A stretch of 54,407 nucleotides of DNA, from contig DASRYU010000177.1 in the NCBI GenBank assembly GCA_035687045.1, positions 1-54,407 of the forward strand. The letters run 5' to 3'. Numbering within the stretch: position 1 is the first letter of the stretch; every line of letters begins with the position of its first letter. This document shows, one piece after another, positions 26,059 to 35,078 of this stretch. A program made the position numbers and the translations under genes. The DNA is from Thermoplasmatota archaeon (GTDB lineage: Archaea; Thermoplasmatota; SW-10-69-26; JACQPN01; JAJPHT01). Under the pieces are notes generated by a model. The model saw only the letters and a list, made by a program, of their open reading frames with translations, was not told where the DNA came from and searched no databases.

Positions 26059-26496
26059 ATGGGCCTGTTCGACAAAGTCCTCGGCGGCAGCACGGACAAG
26101 CTGAGCGAAGCGGAGGGCATGGCGGGCATCGCGCTCGCGGCCATCGCCTCCGACGGCATGATCACGGAAGAGGAGGCGGCGGGCCTCGGCACGACGCTCT
26201 CGCGGATGAAGCTCTACAGCGGCATGAGCAACCGCGACATCAACAAGGTCTTCGAGAAGCTCATCAAGCTCGCGCGCAGCGAGGGCGTCGACAAGCTTCT
26301 CGACCTCTCCTCCGTCGCCATCCGCGCCGAGCTCAAGCAGACGGCCTTCGCCGTGGCGGCCGACCTCCTCATGGCGGACGGCCACGTCGCCCCCGAGGAG
26401 AAGAAGTTCCTCGAGAAGATCCAGCGCAGCCTCGCCGTCGACGACGAGGTCGCGCTCAAGATCGTCGAGGTCGTCGCGATCAAGAACCGCGGCTGA
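26059..26496 (+). CDS. TerB-like (tellurite resistance TerB family) protein
   Basis: ORF 26059..26496. It has two ADG-x-(I/V)-x2-EE repeats (ASDGMITEEEAAGL and MADGHVAPEEKKFL), which are typical of TerB. Confidence 0.75.
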   Translation: MGLFDKVLGGSTDKLSEAEGMAGIALAAIASDGMITEEEAAGLGTTLSRMKLYSGMSNRDINKVFEKLIKLARSEGVDKLLDLSSVAIRAELKQTAFAVAADLLMADGHVAPEEKKFLEKIQRSLAVDDEVALKIVEVVAIKNRG

Positions 26497-26556
26497 GCGT
26501 GCCCGAGCAGGCGCCGCCGGTGGAACGTACGCGGCCGCCGGCGCGCGCCGGAGCGC

Positions 26557-27255
26557 GTGGGACCCAGCACGCTTCATGAGGAAGCACGCCTTCGCACGCA
26601 CCGGAGTGGTCCCCTGTCCTTCCTCGACGGCCTCACGCAGTACCTCCTCGACACGGTGGGCGCGTGGGGGCTCGTCGGCATCTTCGTGCTGATGGCCATC
26701 GAGAGCAGCTTCATCCCCTTCCCGAGCGAGGTCGTGATGATCCCCGCCGGCTACCTCGCCTACCAGGGGGAGCTCAACCTCTTCGCGGCCATCCTCATGG
26801 GCACGCTTGGCAGCGTCGTGGGCGCCTGGATCAACTACTTCCTCGCCCTGCACCTGGGCCGCCCCGCCATGCACCGCATCGGCAAGAAGTTCCTCGTGAG
26901 CGAGAAGACGATGACCATGGTGGAGGTCTACTTCGCCAAGCACGGCTCGTTCACCACCTTCGTCGGGCGCCTCCTTCCCGCGGTGCGGCAGCTCATCAGC
27001 ATCCCCGCCGGGCTCGCGCGCATGCCTTTCGGCCGCTTCACGCTCCTCACCGCCGCCGGCGCCGGCCTCTGGGTGACGGTCCTCGCGCTCCTGGGCTACT
27101 TCATCGGCGACCAGGCGTCCGAGTCGAGCGACGTGCTGCGCACGACGACCATCGCCGTCCTCGCGGTCGTCGCCGCGCTCATCCTGATGTACGTGCTCGG
27201 GAAGCGCTACTTCATCCGGCATGTGAAGGAGCACGACCTGCCCAAGCAAGCGTAG
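26557..27255 (+). CDS. DedA family (SNARE-associated) membrane protein
   Basis: ORF 26557..27255 with a GTG start that is uncertain. Motifs are MAIESSFIPFPSEVVMIPAGY, KHGSFTTFVGRLLPAVRQLISIPAG and the TM pattern. Confidence 0.85.
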   Translation: MGPSTLHEEARLRTHRSGPLSFLDGLTQYLLDTVGAWGLVGIFVLMAIESSFIPFPSEVVMIPAGYLAYQGELNLFAAILMGTLGSVVGAWINYFLALHLGRPAMHRIGKKFLVSEKTMTMVEVYFAKHGSFTTFVGRLLPAVRQLISIPAGLARMPFGRFTLLTAAGAGLWVTVLALLGYFIGDQASESSDVLRTTTIAVLAVVAALILMYVLGKRYFIRHVKEHDLPKQA

Positions 27256-27292
27256 GCGCGCCTTTTTCCGGCGCGGCGCCGCTCGCGCCGCC

Positions 27293-27658
27293 GTGCCCAA
27301 GGCGCTCTCGAAGGAGATGGGGGACGGCGTCGCCATGCCTGCCGGCGGCGAGGCCGACGCGCGACGCTTCTACGGCCAGCTCCTGGGCCTACGCGAGACG
27401 ATGAAGCCGCCCGGCGAGCGCGGCGTCTGGTTCCAGTGCGACACGGGGCTCTTCAAGATCGTGCCCAAGGCCGACTTCAAGCCCGCGCAGGACAAGCCGC
27501 AGGCGCGCTTCCGCGTCGACAAGGCGGAGGCCATGCGCATGGCGGTCGACAAGGCCCGCTTCCGCCACTACGACGCGCCCCCCGAGGCGGGCACGCGCGG
27601 CTTCTACGCGCTCGACCCGTGGGGCAACAAGATCGAGCTCCGCGAGCGGGCGGGGTAG
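27293..27658 (+). CDS. VOC (glyoxalase/bleomycin-resistance) family protein
   Basis: ORF 27293..27658. RRFYGQLLGL and the C-terminal FYALDPWGNKIEL are typical VOC-fold motifs. Confidence 0.7.
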   Translation: MPKALSKEMGDGVAMPAGGEADARRFYGQLLGLRETMKPPGERGVWFQCDTGLFKIVPKADFKPAQDKPQARFRVDKAEAMRMAVDKARFRHYDAPPEAGTRGFYALDPWGNKIELRERAG

Positions 27659-27693
27659 AAAGCCTTTATCCGGCATCCCCGAATGGCGCCGCC

Positions 27694-28632
27694 ATGCGGA
27701 GCGCGGCGCCGCGGCACCTCTGCCACATTGGCGATCTCACCGTCGAGGACATGGACAGGCTGCTCGACACGGCGGAGCGCATGCTGCCCGCGAGCCGCGG
27801 CGAGCGCGTCGTGAGCGCGGCCGACGGGCGCATCCTCGCGACGCTCTTCTACGAGCCCTCCACCCGCACGCGCCTCTCGTTCGAGAGCGCGATGCTGCGC
27901 CTGGGCGGCGACGTCATCTCCACCGCCGAATCCGGCTCCACCTCGACCGCGAAGGGCGAGACGCTCTCGGACACGATCAAGATGGTCGCAAGCTACAGCG
28001 ACGTCATCGTTCTGCGCCACCCGCGCGAGGGCGCCGCGCGCCTCGCCGCGCGCGCGAGCCGCGTGCCCGTCATCAACGCGGGCGACGGCGCGGGGCAGCA
28101 CCCCACGCAGACGCTCACCGACCTCTTCACCATCCGCAAGGCGAAGGGCGCCATCGCGCCCAACACCGTCGCCATCGCGGGCGACCTCAAGTACGGCCGC
28201 ACGGTCCACAGCCTCGCGCAGGCGCTCGCGCTCTACGGCGTCGACATGATCTTCGTGGCGCCCGAGTCGCTCCAGGTGCCCCAGGACATGCGCGAGAACC
28301 TCGAGCGCATGGGCGCGAAGATCCGCACCGCGACGACGCTCGAGGAGGTCATCGCCGAGACGGACGTCCTCTACATGACGCGCATCCAGAAGGAGCGCTT
28401 CCCCGACCTCGACGAGTACCGCAAGGTGCAGAACGTCTTCCACGTCAACAACCGCCTCGTCGCCGACGGCAAGAAGGGCATCATCGTCATGCACCCGCTG
28501 CCGCGCGTGGGCGAGATCGACCCGAGCGTCGACGAGACGCCCGCGGCGAAGTACTTCGAGCAGGCCGCGCACGGCGTGCCGGTGCGCATGGCGCTTCTGG
28601 CCGACCTCCTCGGGCTGGAGGTGCGCGGATGA
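27694..28632 (+). CDS. pyrB: Aspartate carbamoyltransferase catalytic subunit
   Basis: This is the 3' part of ORF 27436..28632, starting at ATG 27694. Motifs are FYEPSTRTR, HPTQ, HPLPR and VRMALL. A TATA-like CTTTATC lies 27 nt upstream. Confidence 0.93.
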   Translation: MRSAAPRHLCHIGDLTVEDMDRLLDTAERMLPASRGERVVSAADGRILATLFYEPSTRTRLSFESAMLRLGGDVISTAESGSTSTAKGETLSDTIKMVASYSDVIVLRHPREGAARLAARASRVPVINAGDGAGQHPTQTLTDLFTIRKAKGAIAPNTVAIAGDLKYGRTVHSLAQALALYGVDMIFVAPESLQVPQDMRENLERMGAKIRTATTLEEVIAETDVLYMTRIQKERFPDLDEYRKVQNVFHVNNRLVADGKKGIIVMHPLPRVGEIDPSVDETPAAKYFEQAAHGVPVRMALLADLLGLEVRG

Positions 28633-29081
28633 AGGAGCTCAAGGTCCAGCCGATCCGCAACGGCACGGTCATCGACCACATCACGCCCGGGCGCGCGATC
28701 AAGGTGCTCAAGATCCTCCAGATGCCGCGCACCGGGTGGACGAGCGTCATCACGGCGGCGATGAACGTCCCGTCGAGCAAGGGGCGTAAGGACATCCTCA
28801 AGATCGAGGACCGCGAGCTCGACACGGCCGAAGTGAACAAGATCTCGCTCATCGCGCCCAACGCGACGATCAACATCGTGCGCGAGTACGAGGTCATCCG
28901 CAAGGACGTCGTGCAGCTCCCCGAGAAGGTGAGCGGGCTCGTCAAGTGCCCCAACCAGAACTGCGTCACGAACTCGGAGCCGGTCACCTCGCAGTTCCTC
29001 GTGACCGCGCGCGAGCCGCTGCGCCTGCGCTGCGGCTACTGCGACCGCGAGGTCGCGGACGTGGCGGACCACATCGTCTGA
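28629..29081 (+). CDS. pyrI: Aspartate carbamoyltransferase regulatory subunit
   Basis: ORF 28629..29081, joined to pyrB by an ATGA overlap. Motifs are IRNGTVIDHI and the zinc site CPNQNC..CGYC. Confidence 0.93.
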   Translation: MKELKVQPIRNGTVIDHITPGRAIKVLKILQMPRTGWTSVITAAMNVPSSKGRKDILKIEDRELDTAEVNKISLIAPNATINIVREYEVIRKDVVQLPEKVSGLVKCPNQNCVTNSEPVTSQFLVTAREPLRLRCGYCDREVADVADHIV

Positions 29082-29101
29082 GGCCGCGCGCGGGCGTGCT
29101 C

Positions 29102-29533
29102 TCACCCGGCAACGCTCCACGAGGCGGACGTTCTCTCACCCGTGAGCTCCACCGACCAGCGCACGCTCGCCGTCGCAGCGGGGGCTTCGGGCACAGGCGC
29201 GACCGCCGGCGCCCGCTGGGGGGCGCGCCTCGCCACGCTCGATGTCACCGAGCGCGCCTTGCGGCGCCCCTTCGTCGTGATCTCGTAGGCGCGGCCGCGC
29301 GCGAGCGTGTCCTTGCGCCGCGCGAGCCCGAGCGGCACGAGCGCCAGATCGACCGAGTAGCCCTGGTCCGGATCGCCCTCGAGAAGCGCCACGACGCGCC
29401 CGTGCGGGATGCGCAGCATCCGCGCGAGCTGGCCGACGTAGGCCTCGCCGAGGGAGGAGAGCAGGAGAAGGAGGCGGGAGCGGTAGTAGCTCCGCATGAA
29501 CGACCGCCACGTCTCGTTCGCGATGGGTTCCAT
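29102..29533 (-). CDS. Winged-helix DNA-binding protein (putative transcriptional regulator)
   Basis: ORF 29102..29533. RLLLLLSSLGEAYVGQLARMLRIPHGRVVALLEG resembles an HTH recognition segment. The C-terminal tail is basic and Ala/Pro-rich. Confidence 0.55.
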   Translation of the reverse strand: MEPIANETWRSFMRSYYRSRLLLLLSSLGEAYVGQLARMLRIPHGRVVALLEGDPDQGYSVDLALVPLGLARRKDTLARGRAYEITTKGRRKARSVTSSVARRAPQRAPAVAPVPEAPAATASVRWSVELTGERTSASWSVAG

Positions 29534-29640
29534 CGAAGCCCGACGAGGCGGCTGGGGGACGTAGGCTTTGCCCGGGCTTCACGTCATGCGGGGGCGGCCG
29601 AAGGTACGGGTGATGGTACGCCCGCGTCGCCGCGCGCCGA

Positions 29641-29658
29641 CGGGCGTGCGCACGCCCG
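29641..29658. promoter_or_regulatory. Perfect 18-bp palindrome CGGGCGTGCGCACGCCCG
   Basis: It lies 3 nt downstream of the stop codon of the small lipoprotein gene (29661) and about 110 nt upstream of the wHTH gene start (29533). It could be a terminator stem or an operator. Confidence 0.3.
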
Positions 29659-29660
29659 CG

Positions 29661-29921
29661 TTACGGCAGGACGCCCGGCATCGTCGTCTGCGTCTCGTTG
29701 CCGTCCGCCGGGAGCTGGCTCGTGTCCTCGCCGCCCGGCTGGCCGCCGCACGTCTCGTTGGCCCACGGGTCGGGCGACTGGCCGTCCGGGATGCCGTTGC
29801 GGTCGCCGTCGCAGTGGAGGTCGCCGGGACGGTTCTCGTCGGGGGGCGTCGCGCAGCCTGCGACGACGGCGGCGACGATGAGGAGGAGCGCGGTGCGGCG
29901 CAGGGTCGCGAGGACGTTCAT
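29661..29921 (-). CDS. Small lipobox lipoprotein with a DxDxNG calcium-binding-like motif
   Basis: ORF 29661..30137, trimmed to ATG 29921: MNVLATLRRTALLLIVAAVVAGC (lipobox VAGC), followed by CDGDRNGIPDG. Confidence 0.5.
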   Translation of the reverse strand: MNVLATLRRTALLLIVAAVVAGCATPPDENRPGDLHCDGDRNGIPDGQSPDPWANETCGGQPGGEDTSQLPADGNETQTTMPGVLP

Positions 29922-30015
29922 CGGCGGCTTGTGGGTCGTCGGTTCCAAGAAGCGGTGTGGGACGCGGGTCGAAGCGTCCGCTCGCTTGCATGCGCGCCGA
30001 GGAGGCGTAAACCAC

Positions 30016-30594
30016 ATGCAGGAGACGTCCAACAACGGTGTGGAGCGGATCGCACACTTGACGATGATGGACAAGATCCAGGGCACGATCGAGAAGCTGA
30101 CGAACGACGACACGCGCCTCAACACGGCGGAGATCACGGCGCTGCAGCAGTCCTTCTACAACCTGCAGCTGGGGCTCGTCAAGTGCGAGTTCTTCCTGAC
30201 GCAGTGCCAGAACCCGGACGTGCGGCACGTCCTCACGGAGCTTCGCGACGAGTTCGTGAAGCCCAACCTCGAGAAGCCGACGCGCATCCTCGGCAAGGCG
30301 CAGATCCCCTTCTACAACGTGGACGTGAACACGCGCATGGCGAACTATCCGAAGAACTCCACGCAGAAGTTCTTCACGGACGAGGAGATCATGCTCGACA
30401 CGGTCTACAGCATGCAGGCGGTCATCACCGGCATGCAGGCGGGCGCGCTCCTTGCCATCCGCGGCGACGTCCGCGACTACTTCCTGAACGCGCGCGACGC
30501 GGCCTTCGACCAGTGGCGCAAGATCGGCCTCGTGGCGTACCGCGTCGTCCCGCAGGCGCTCCCGCCGACGATCAGCGGCGTCAACCCGAAGTAG
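30016..30594 (+). CDS. DUF3231-like four-helix protein (family best known from Firmicutes)
   Basis: ORF 29698..30594, trimmed to ATG 30016, which has GGAGG 12 nt upstream. LNTAEITALQQSFYN, C..FL.QC.NPDVRHVL and IRGDVRDYF resemble DUF3231. GC is about 57% against about 70% in the background. Confidence 0.6.
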   Translation: MQETSNNGVERIAHLTMMDKIQGTIEKLTNDDTRLNTAEITALQQSFYNLQLGLVKCEFFLTQCQNPDVRHVLTELRDEFVKPNLEKPTRILGKAQIPFYNVDVNTRMANYPKNSTQKFFTDEEIMLDTVYSMQAVITGMQAGALLAIRGDVRDYFLNARDAAFDQWRKIGLVAYRVVPQALPPTISGVNPK

Positions 30595-30762
30595 ATCCTC
30601 GACGGTCGCCCGGGGGCGGCCCACGCCGCCGCCCCTTCCTCCTTTTCCTTTCTTTTCGCCTCAGCGTCGGCGCTCGCGCGGACGTGGCCCCGTCGTTGCG
30701 TTCGCGTCGCACATCGGCGGCCTTAAGAGCGGAGCCGCAAGGTAGGACGCAGGGATGCACAG

Positions 30763-31446
30763 ATGCCGTTCCTAGTGGACAATGCCCCGCCCGTCGACGC
30801 GGCGACGCTGGCGGCGGCGCGCAACGAGCTTCCGCGCGAGTATGGCGTGCGCGTCGTGACGCAGCTGGGCCGCAAGAGCGTGCTCGCCCGCGTCCCGCGC
30901 GCGAAGCCGGACTACAACTACGAGCTCGCCATCGTCGGGCTCTACGCGACGCTCGACGACGTGAAGGACGCGAAGGACGTCCTTCTCATCGGCGACGAGA
31001 AGACCGTCCGCATGGAGCCGCTGCGCCTGCGCGACCACATCCGCGAGCAGCTGCGCGAGGACAAGGAGGCCGCTCCGGCCCTGCGCGCGAAGCTGCCCCG
31101 CGAGTACGGCTGGACCCTCTGGACGTCCCCGACGAACAACAACCACAAGGCGGTCGCGATGCGCTTGCCCGTGGGTAGCATGGCGGAGGCGACCGAGGCC
31201 ATCCTCCTGCGCGCCCGCGCCGCGGTCGGAGGCGAGCTCCTGAACGTCCTCAACACCGTCCAGTACGTGTACTTCATCACGGACACGGACTACTCGCGCG
31301 TCGGCCGCCGCGTCTACGTCGAGCACGTGGCGAGCGACCTGGCGGAGCAGCTGGCCATCCGGGACGGCAAGACGGCGAACCCGCTGCACCTGTCGTACCA
31401 GACGCCCGGCGCGTTCATCGGCGTGAAGGACCTCCCGCGCGGCTGA
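30763..31446 (+). CDS. Hypothetical protein with an internal duplication (two LPREYG-led halves)
   Basis: ORF 30763..31446. LPREYG occurs at aa 23-28 and 111-116, and each half ends with D(H/L)(I/A)(R/E)EQL. I recognise no family. A T-rich tract (ccttcctccttttcctttcttttc, about 30638-30662) precedes it. Confidence 0.6.
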   Translation: MPFLVDNAPPVDAATLAAARNELPREYGVRVVTQLGRKSVLARVPRAKPDYNYELAIVGLYATLDDVKDAKDVLLIGDEKTVRMEPLRLRDHIREQLREDKEAAPALRAKLPREYGWTLWTSPTNNNHKAVAMRLPVGSMAEATEAILLRARAAVGGELLNVLNTVQYVYFITDTDYSRVGRRVYVEHVASDLAEQLAIRDGKTANPLHLSYQTPGAFIGVKDLPRG

Positions 31447-31548
31447 TCATGGGGGCGAGGCCGAGGAGCGGCGACGGGTGGCGGACGAAGCCCGAAAGCG
31501 CCAAACCGGATCGTTCCTTCGGCCATCGCACCTGAAGTTGTTTTATCC

Positions 31549-33627
31549 ATGTCTCCCAGCGCGGAGCACTTGCTCCGACCCGTCCTCGCCTTCCTGACGC
31601 TCTGCCTCGCGGCGTTCCTCCTCGCCCCGACGGTCGCGAGCGTGCACGAGAAGGTGGAGGATCTCAACTTCCAGCGCGAGACCCCCTTCCACCTCTGGCG
31701 CTGGTCGCACGACGATCCCCCCACGCTCCCCTTCCCCAACTGCGGCGGAAGCCCCAAGCACCTCTACAGCGAGATCACGCACTGGCCCACCCGCATCCGG
31801 AAGGACGAGCCCTTCGAGCTCCGCGGCGTCGTGCAGAGCGAGGAGGACGGCCGCCTCGGCGTCGGGACGATCCGCGTCGACGTCTTCCTCAACGAGACGA
31901 AGTCGAAGCCCGGCGTCTTCCTCGGCGAGGCCGAGAGCGACCCGTCCGGCACCTTCCGCCTCACGACGAGCATCCCGTTCGATCTCCAGGCGCAGCACTA
32001 CCACATCGTCGCGCACGCGAAGCAGAAGCGCATCAACTGCGTCGACTACCTCGAGCACTGGAGCGACCCGGAGGTCGACGTGCTCGCCAAGTCCATCGTC
32101 GTCCTCGACCCCCCGCAGCGCCCCGTCGTGGGCCGCGAGGTGGAGCTCAACGGCCGCCTCATCGACAGCGTCGGCGGGCCGGTGCGCAACGCCACGGTCA
32201 ACGTGACGCTCGACAACGAGCGCCTGTCGTTCACGACCGACGACCAGGGCGCCTTCAGGCACCGGTACGTCCCCGAGCGCTCGGGCAACGTCACGTGGGC
32301 GGCGGAGTACAAGGGGAGCCGCTTCTACGACCCGTCGAAGAACGAGACGAAGTTCTTTGTCGCGGACGAGGACCTCGTCGTCCCCCAGCCCATCGCGCTC
32401 CTGCGCTCCGCGCCCAACACGCTCACGGGGCAGGTCTACGTCGCCGACGCCGCGCGGCAGGACAGCGTCACGCTGCGCCTTGTCGGGTTCAACGCGACGG
32501 CTTGCGAAGGCTGCCCGGCGAACGGCACGTTCACGCTCCCGCTCGACGCGAACGGCGCCTTCAGCGTCACGTTCACCGTGCCGCCCACGGTCCCCGCCGG
32601 CGGCTATGCGATCGCCGTCTCGGGCGGCGGGCTCAAGAAGACCTACGAGTACGACGTCACGCTCGATGCGCCGAGCGTCCTCGCCGTCGAAGGCGACGGC
32701 ACCGGCCTCTTCAGCCGCGGCTGGGACGTCCGCGTCGTCCTCACCGACGAGACGGGCGCGCCGCTCGCGGGCCGCGAGGTCGTCGTCACGACGCCCACCG
32801 GCACCGTCACCAACGTCACGGGCCCCGACGGCAGCGTCGCCCTCTCGGGCACCTCGGAGTGCGGCGCCCGCACGGCCCACGCGAGCTTCGCCGGCGCGGA
32901 CGGCGTCCGCGGCTCGCGCGCCCAGGACGACCTCTACGTCTGCGGCGCCCTCGCGTTCATCCCGCCCTGGCTCCTCGCCGTCCCCTGGTGGGTCTGGCCC
33001 CTCGTCGCGCTCGGCGCGTTCGTCGCGTGGCAGGTGCTTCGCGGCTGGCGCCAGCGCTACGCTCCCCTCATCACGGGCGGCCCCACGCTCACGCTCGTCT
33101 TCACCGAGCCCTCCGACGAAGCGGCGGGCTACGCCGGCGTGGGCGAGGCCGTCGTCGCGAGCGCCTTCCTCGAGGAGCCTCTGCCCGACGGGCACCGCCT
33201 GCGCATGGGCGCGCACCGCCAGACCGCGGAGGTCCCGCTCGACGCCGAGCTTCGCGCGCACTGGCGCGTCGTGCCCGACAAGCTCGGCGACGTGCACATC
33301 CGCGCCGAGATCGTCGACCCGAAGGGGCGCGTCGTCTCGCGCCGGACGCTCACCCTCCATGTCGTCCGCTACGCGGAGGAGATCGAGAGGCGCTACCTCG
33401 CGCTCCGCCACAAGCACGGGCAGAGCGAGTCCGTCACCCCGCGCGAGTTCGAGCGCTGGCTCCACGAGCAGGCGCCCGGGCTCGACCCGGACGTCGTGCG
33501 CCGCCTGGTGCGCGTCTTCGAGGAGGCCGACTACAGCCCCCGTGTGGCCGGCCGCGCGGAGTTCGCCGCGTATCTTGCCGCCGAGGGCGGCGTCAAGGAG
33601 GTGACCGCCGATGCGAGGCTGGCTTAG
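31549..33627 (+). CDS. Membrane protein: signal anchor, extracellular Ig/carboxypeptidase-regulatory-like repeats, a TM helix and a cytoplasmic DUF4129 domain
   Basis: ORF 31549..33627. The TM region is PPWLLAVPWWVWPLVALGAFVAW. The C-terminal SVTPREFERWL..VRVFEEADYSP motif is typical of DUF4129. TTTTATCC at 31541-31548 suggests a possible leaderless TTG start at 31570. Confidence 0.75.
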   Translation: MSPSAEHLLRPVLAFLTLCLAAFLLAPTVASVHEKVEDLNFQRETPFHLWRWSHDDPPTLPFPNCGGSPKHLYSEITHWPTRIRKDEPFELRGVVQSEEDGRLGVGTIRVDVFLNETKSKPGVFLGEAESDPSGTFRLTTSIPFDLQAQHYHIVAHAKQKRINCVDYLEHWSDPEVDVLAKSIVVLDPPQRPVVGREVELNGRLIDSVGGPVRNATVNVTLDNERLSFTTDDQGAFRHRYVPERSGNVTWAAEYKGSRFYDPSKNETKFFVADEDLVVPQPIALLRSAPNTLTGQVYVADAARQDSVTLRLVGFNATACEGCPANGTFTLPLDANGAFSVTFTVPPTVPAGGYAIAVSGGGLKKTYEYDVTLDAPSVLAVEGDGTGLFSRGWDVRVVLTDETGAPLAGREVVVTTPTGTVTNVTGPDGSVALSGTSECGARTAHASFAGADGVRGSRAQDDLYVCGALAFIPPWLLAVPWWVWPLVALGAFVAWQVLRGWRQRYAPLITGGPTLTLVFTEPSDEAAGYAGVGEAVVASAFLEEPLPDGHRLRMGAHRQTAEVPLDAELRAHWRVVPDKLGDVHIRAEIVDPKGRVVSRRTLTLHVVRYAEEIERRYLALRHKHGQSESVTPREFERWLHEQAPGLDPDVVRRLVRVFEEADYSPRVAGRAEFAAYLAAEGGVKEVTADARLA

Positions 33628-34057
33628 GCTGATCCCCGTCTTCCTCATGGGCGCGCTCGCCATCGGCTACGTGCTCGTCCGCCCGGGCCTCCTCGGCCGC
33701 GTGCCCTACCTCGACATCCTCGAGTTCCCGGTCGGGACGCTCGTCGTCGCTATCCTGCTGTGGGCCGCGCTCGCGCGCCGCCGGCCGAAGGCGCCGCCCG
33801 TCGCGTGGCGCCGGCACGCGCAGGTCGTGCGCGACCTTCCTGACCCGGCGCTCCGGCCCGACGTCGCGGCGCTCGAGCGCTGGGTGCATTCGGGCGAGGA
33901 CCCCTCCGCCGCCGCGGACGTCATCGCGCGCGCGCGCACGCACGACGCCGTCGAGCGGGAGCGCCTGCGCGCGCAGCTCGCCAGCGAGCTCACTGTCAAG
34001 GCTTCCCGTCGGAAGCGCGAATCTCTGCTGAAGAAGCATCTCGAACAAGGAGTCTGA
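33611..34057 (+). CDS. Small membrane protein (2 TM) of the MoxR operon
   Basis: ORF 33611..34057, overlapping the upstream CDS by 17 nt. It has two hydrophobic helices followed by a charged helical tail. Confidence 0.55.
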   Translation: MRGWLRLIPVFLMGALAIGYVLVRPGLLGRVPYLDILEFPVGTLVVAILLWAALARRRPKAPPVAWRRHAQVVRDLPDPALRPDVAALERWVHSGEDPSAAADVIARARTHDAVERERLRAQLASELTVKASRRKRESLLKKHLEQGV

Positions 34058-34062
34058 GAACC

Positions 34063-35043
<981 letters not shown>

Positions 35044-35078
35044 GGTGAGACATCCTGCTGACACCGACCGGACGCGCA

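Noticed and set aside
26214-26570. A 118-aa minus-strand ORF overlapping the TerB-like gene. Many other ORFs of 60-200 aa are similarly nested inside annotated genes.
   Set aside because: They lie entirely within stronger genes on the opposite strand or in another frame. Their composition is Ser/Arg/Ala/Thr-rich and they carry no motifs.
24172-27336. A 1054-aa minus-strand ORF antisense to the hydrolase, TerB and DedA genes. Similar cases are 19578..21326, 22247..24220, 31543..33663 and 34869..37352.
   Set aside because: All are low-complexity Arg/Ala/Glu/Gly-rich translations opposite genes with clear family motifs. I treat them as GC-driven artefacts.
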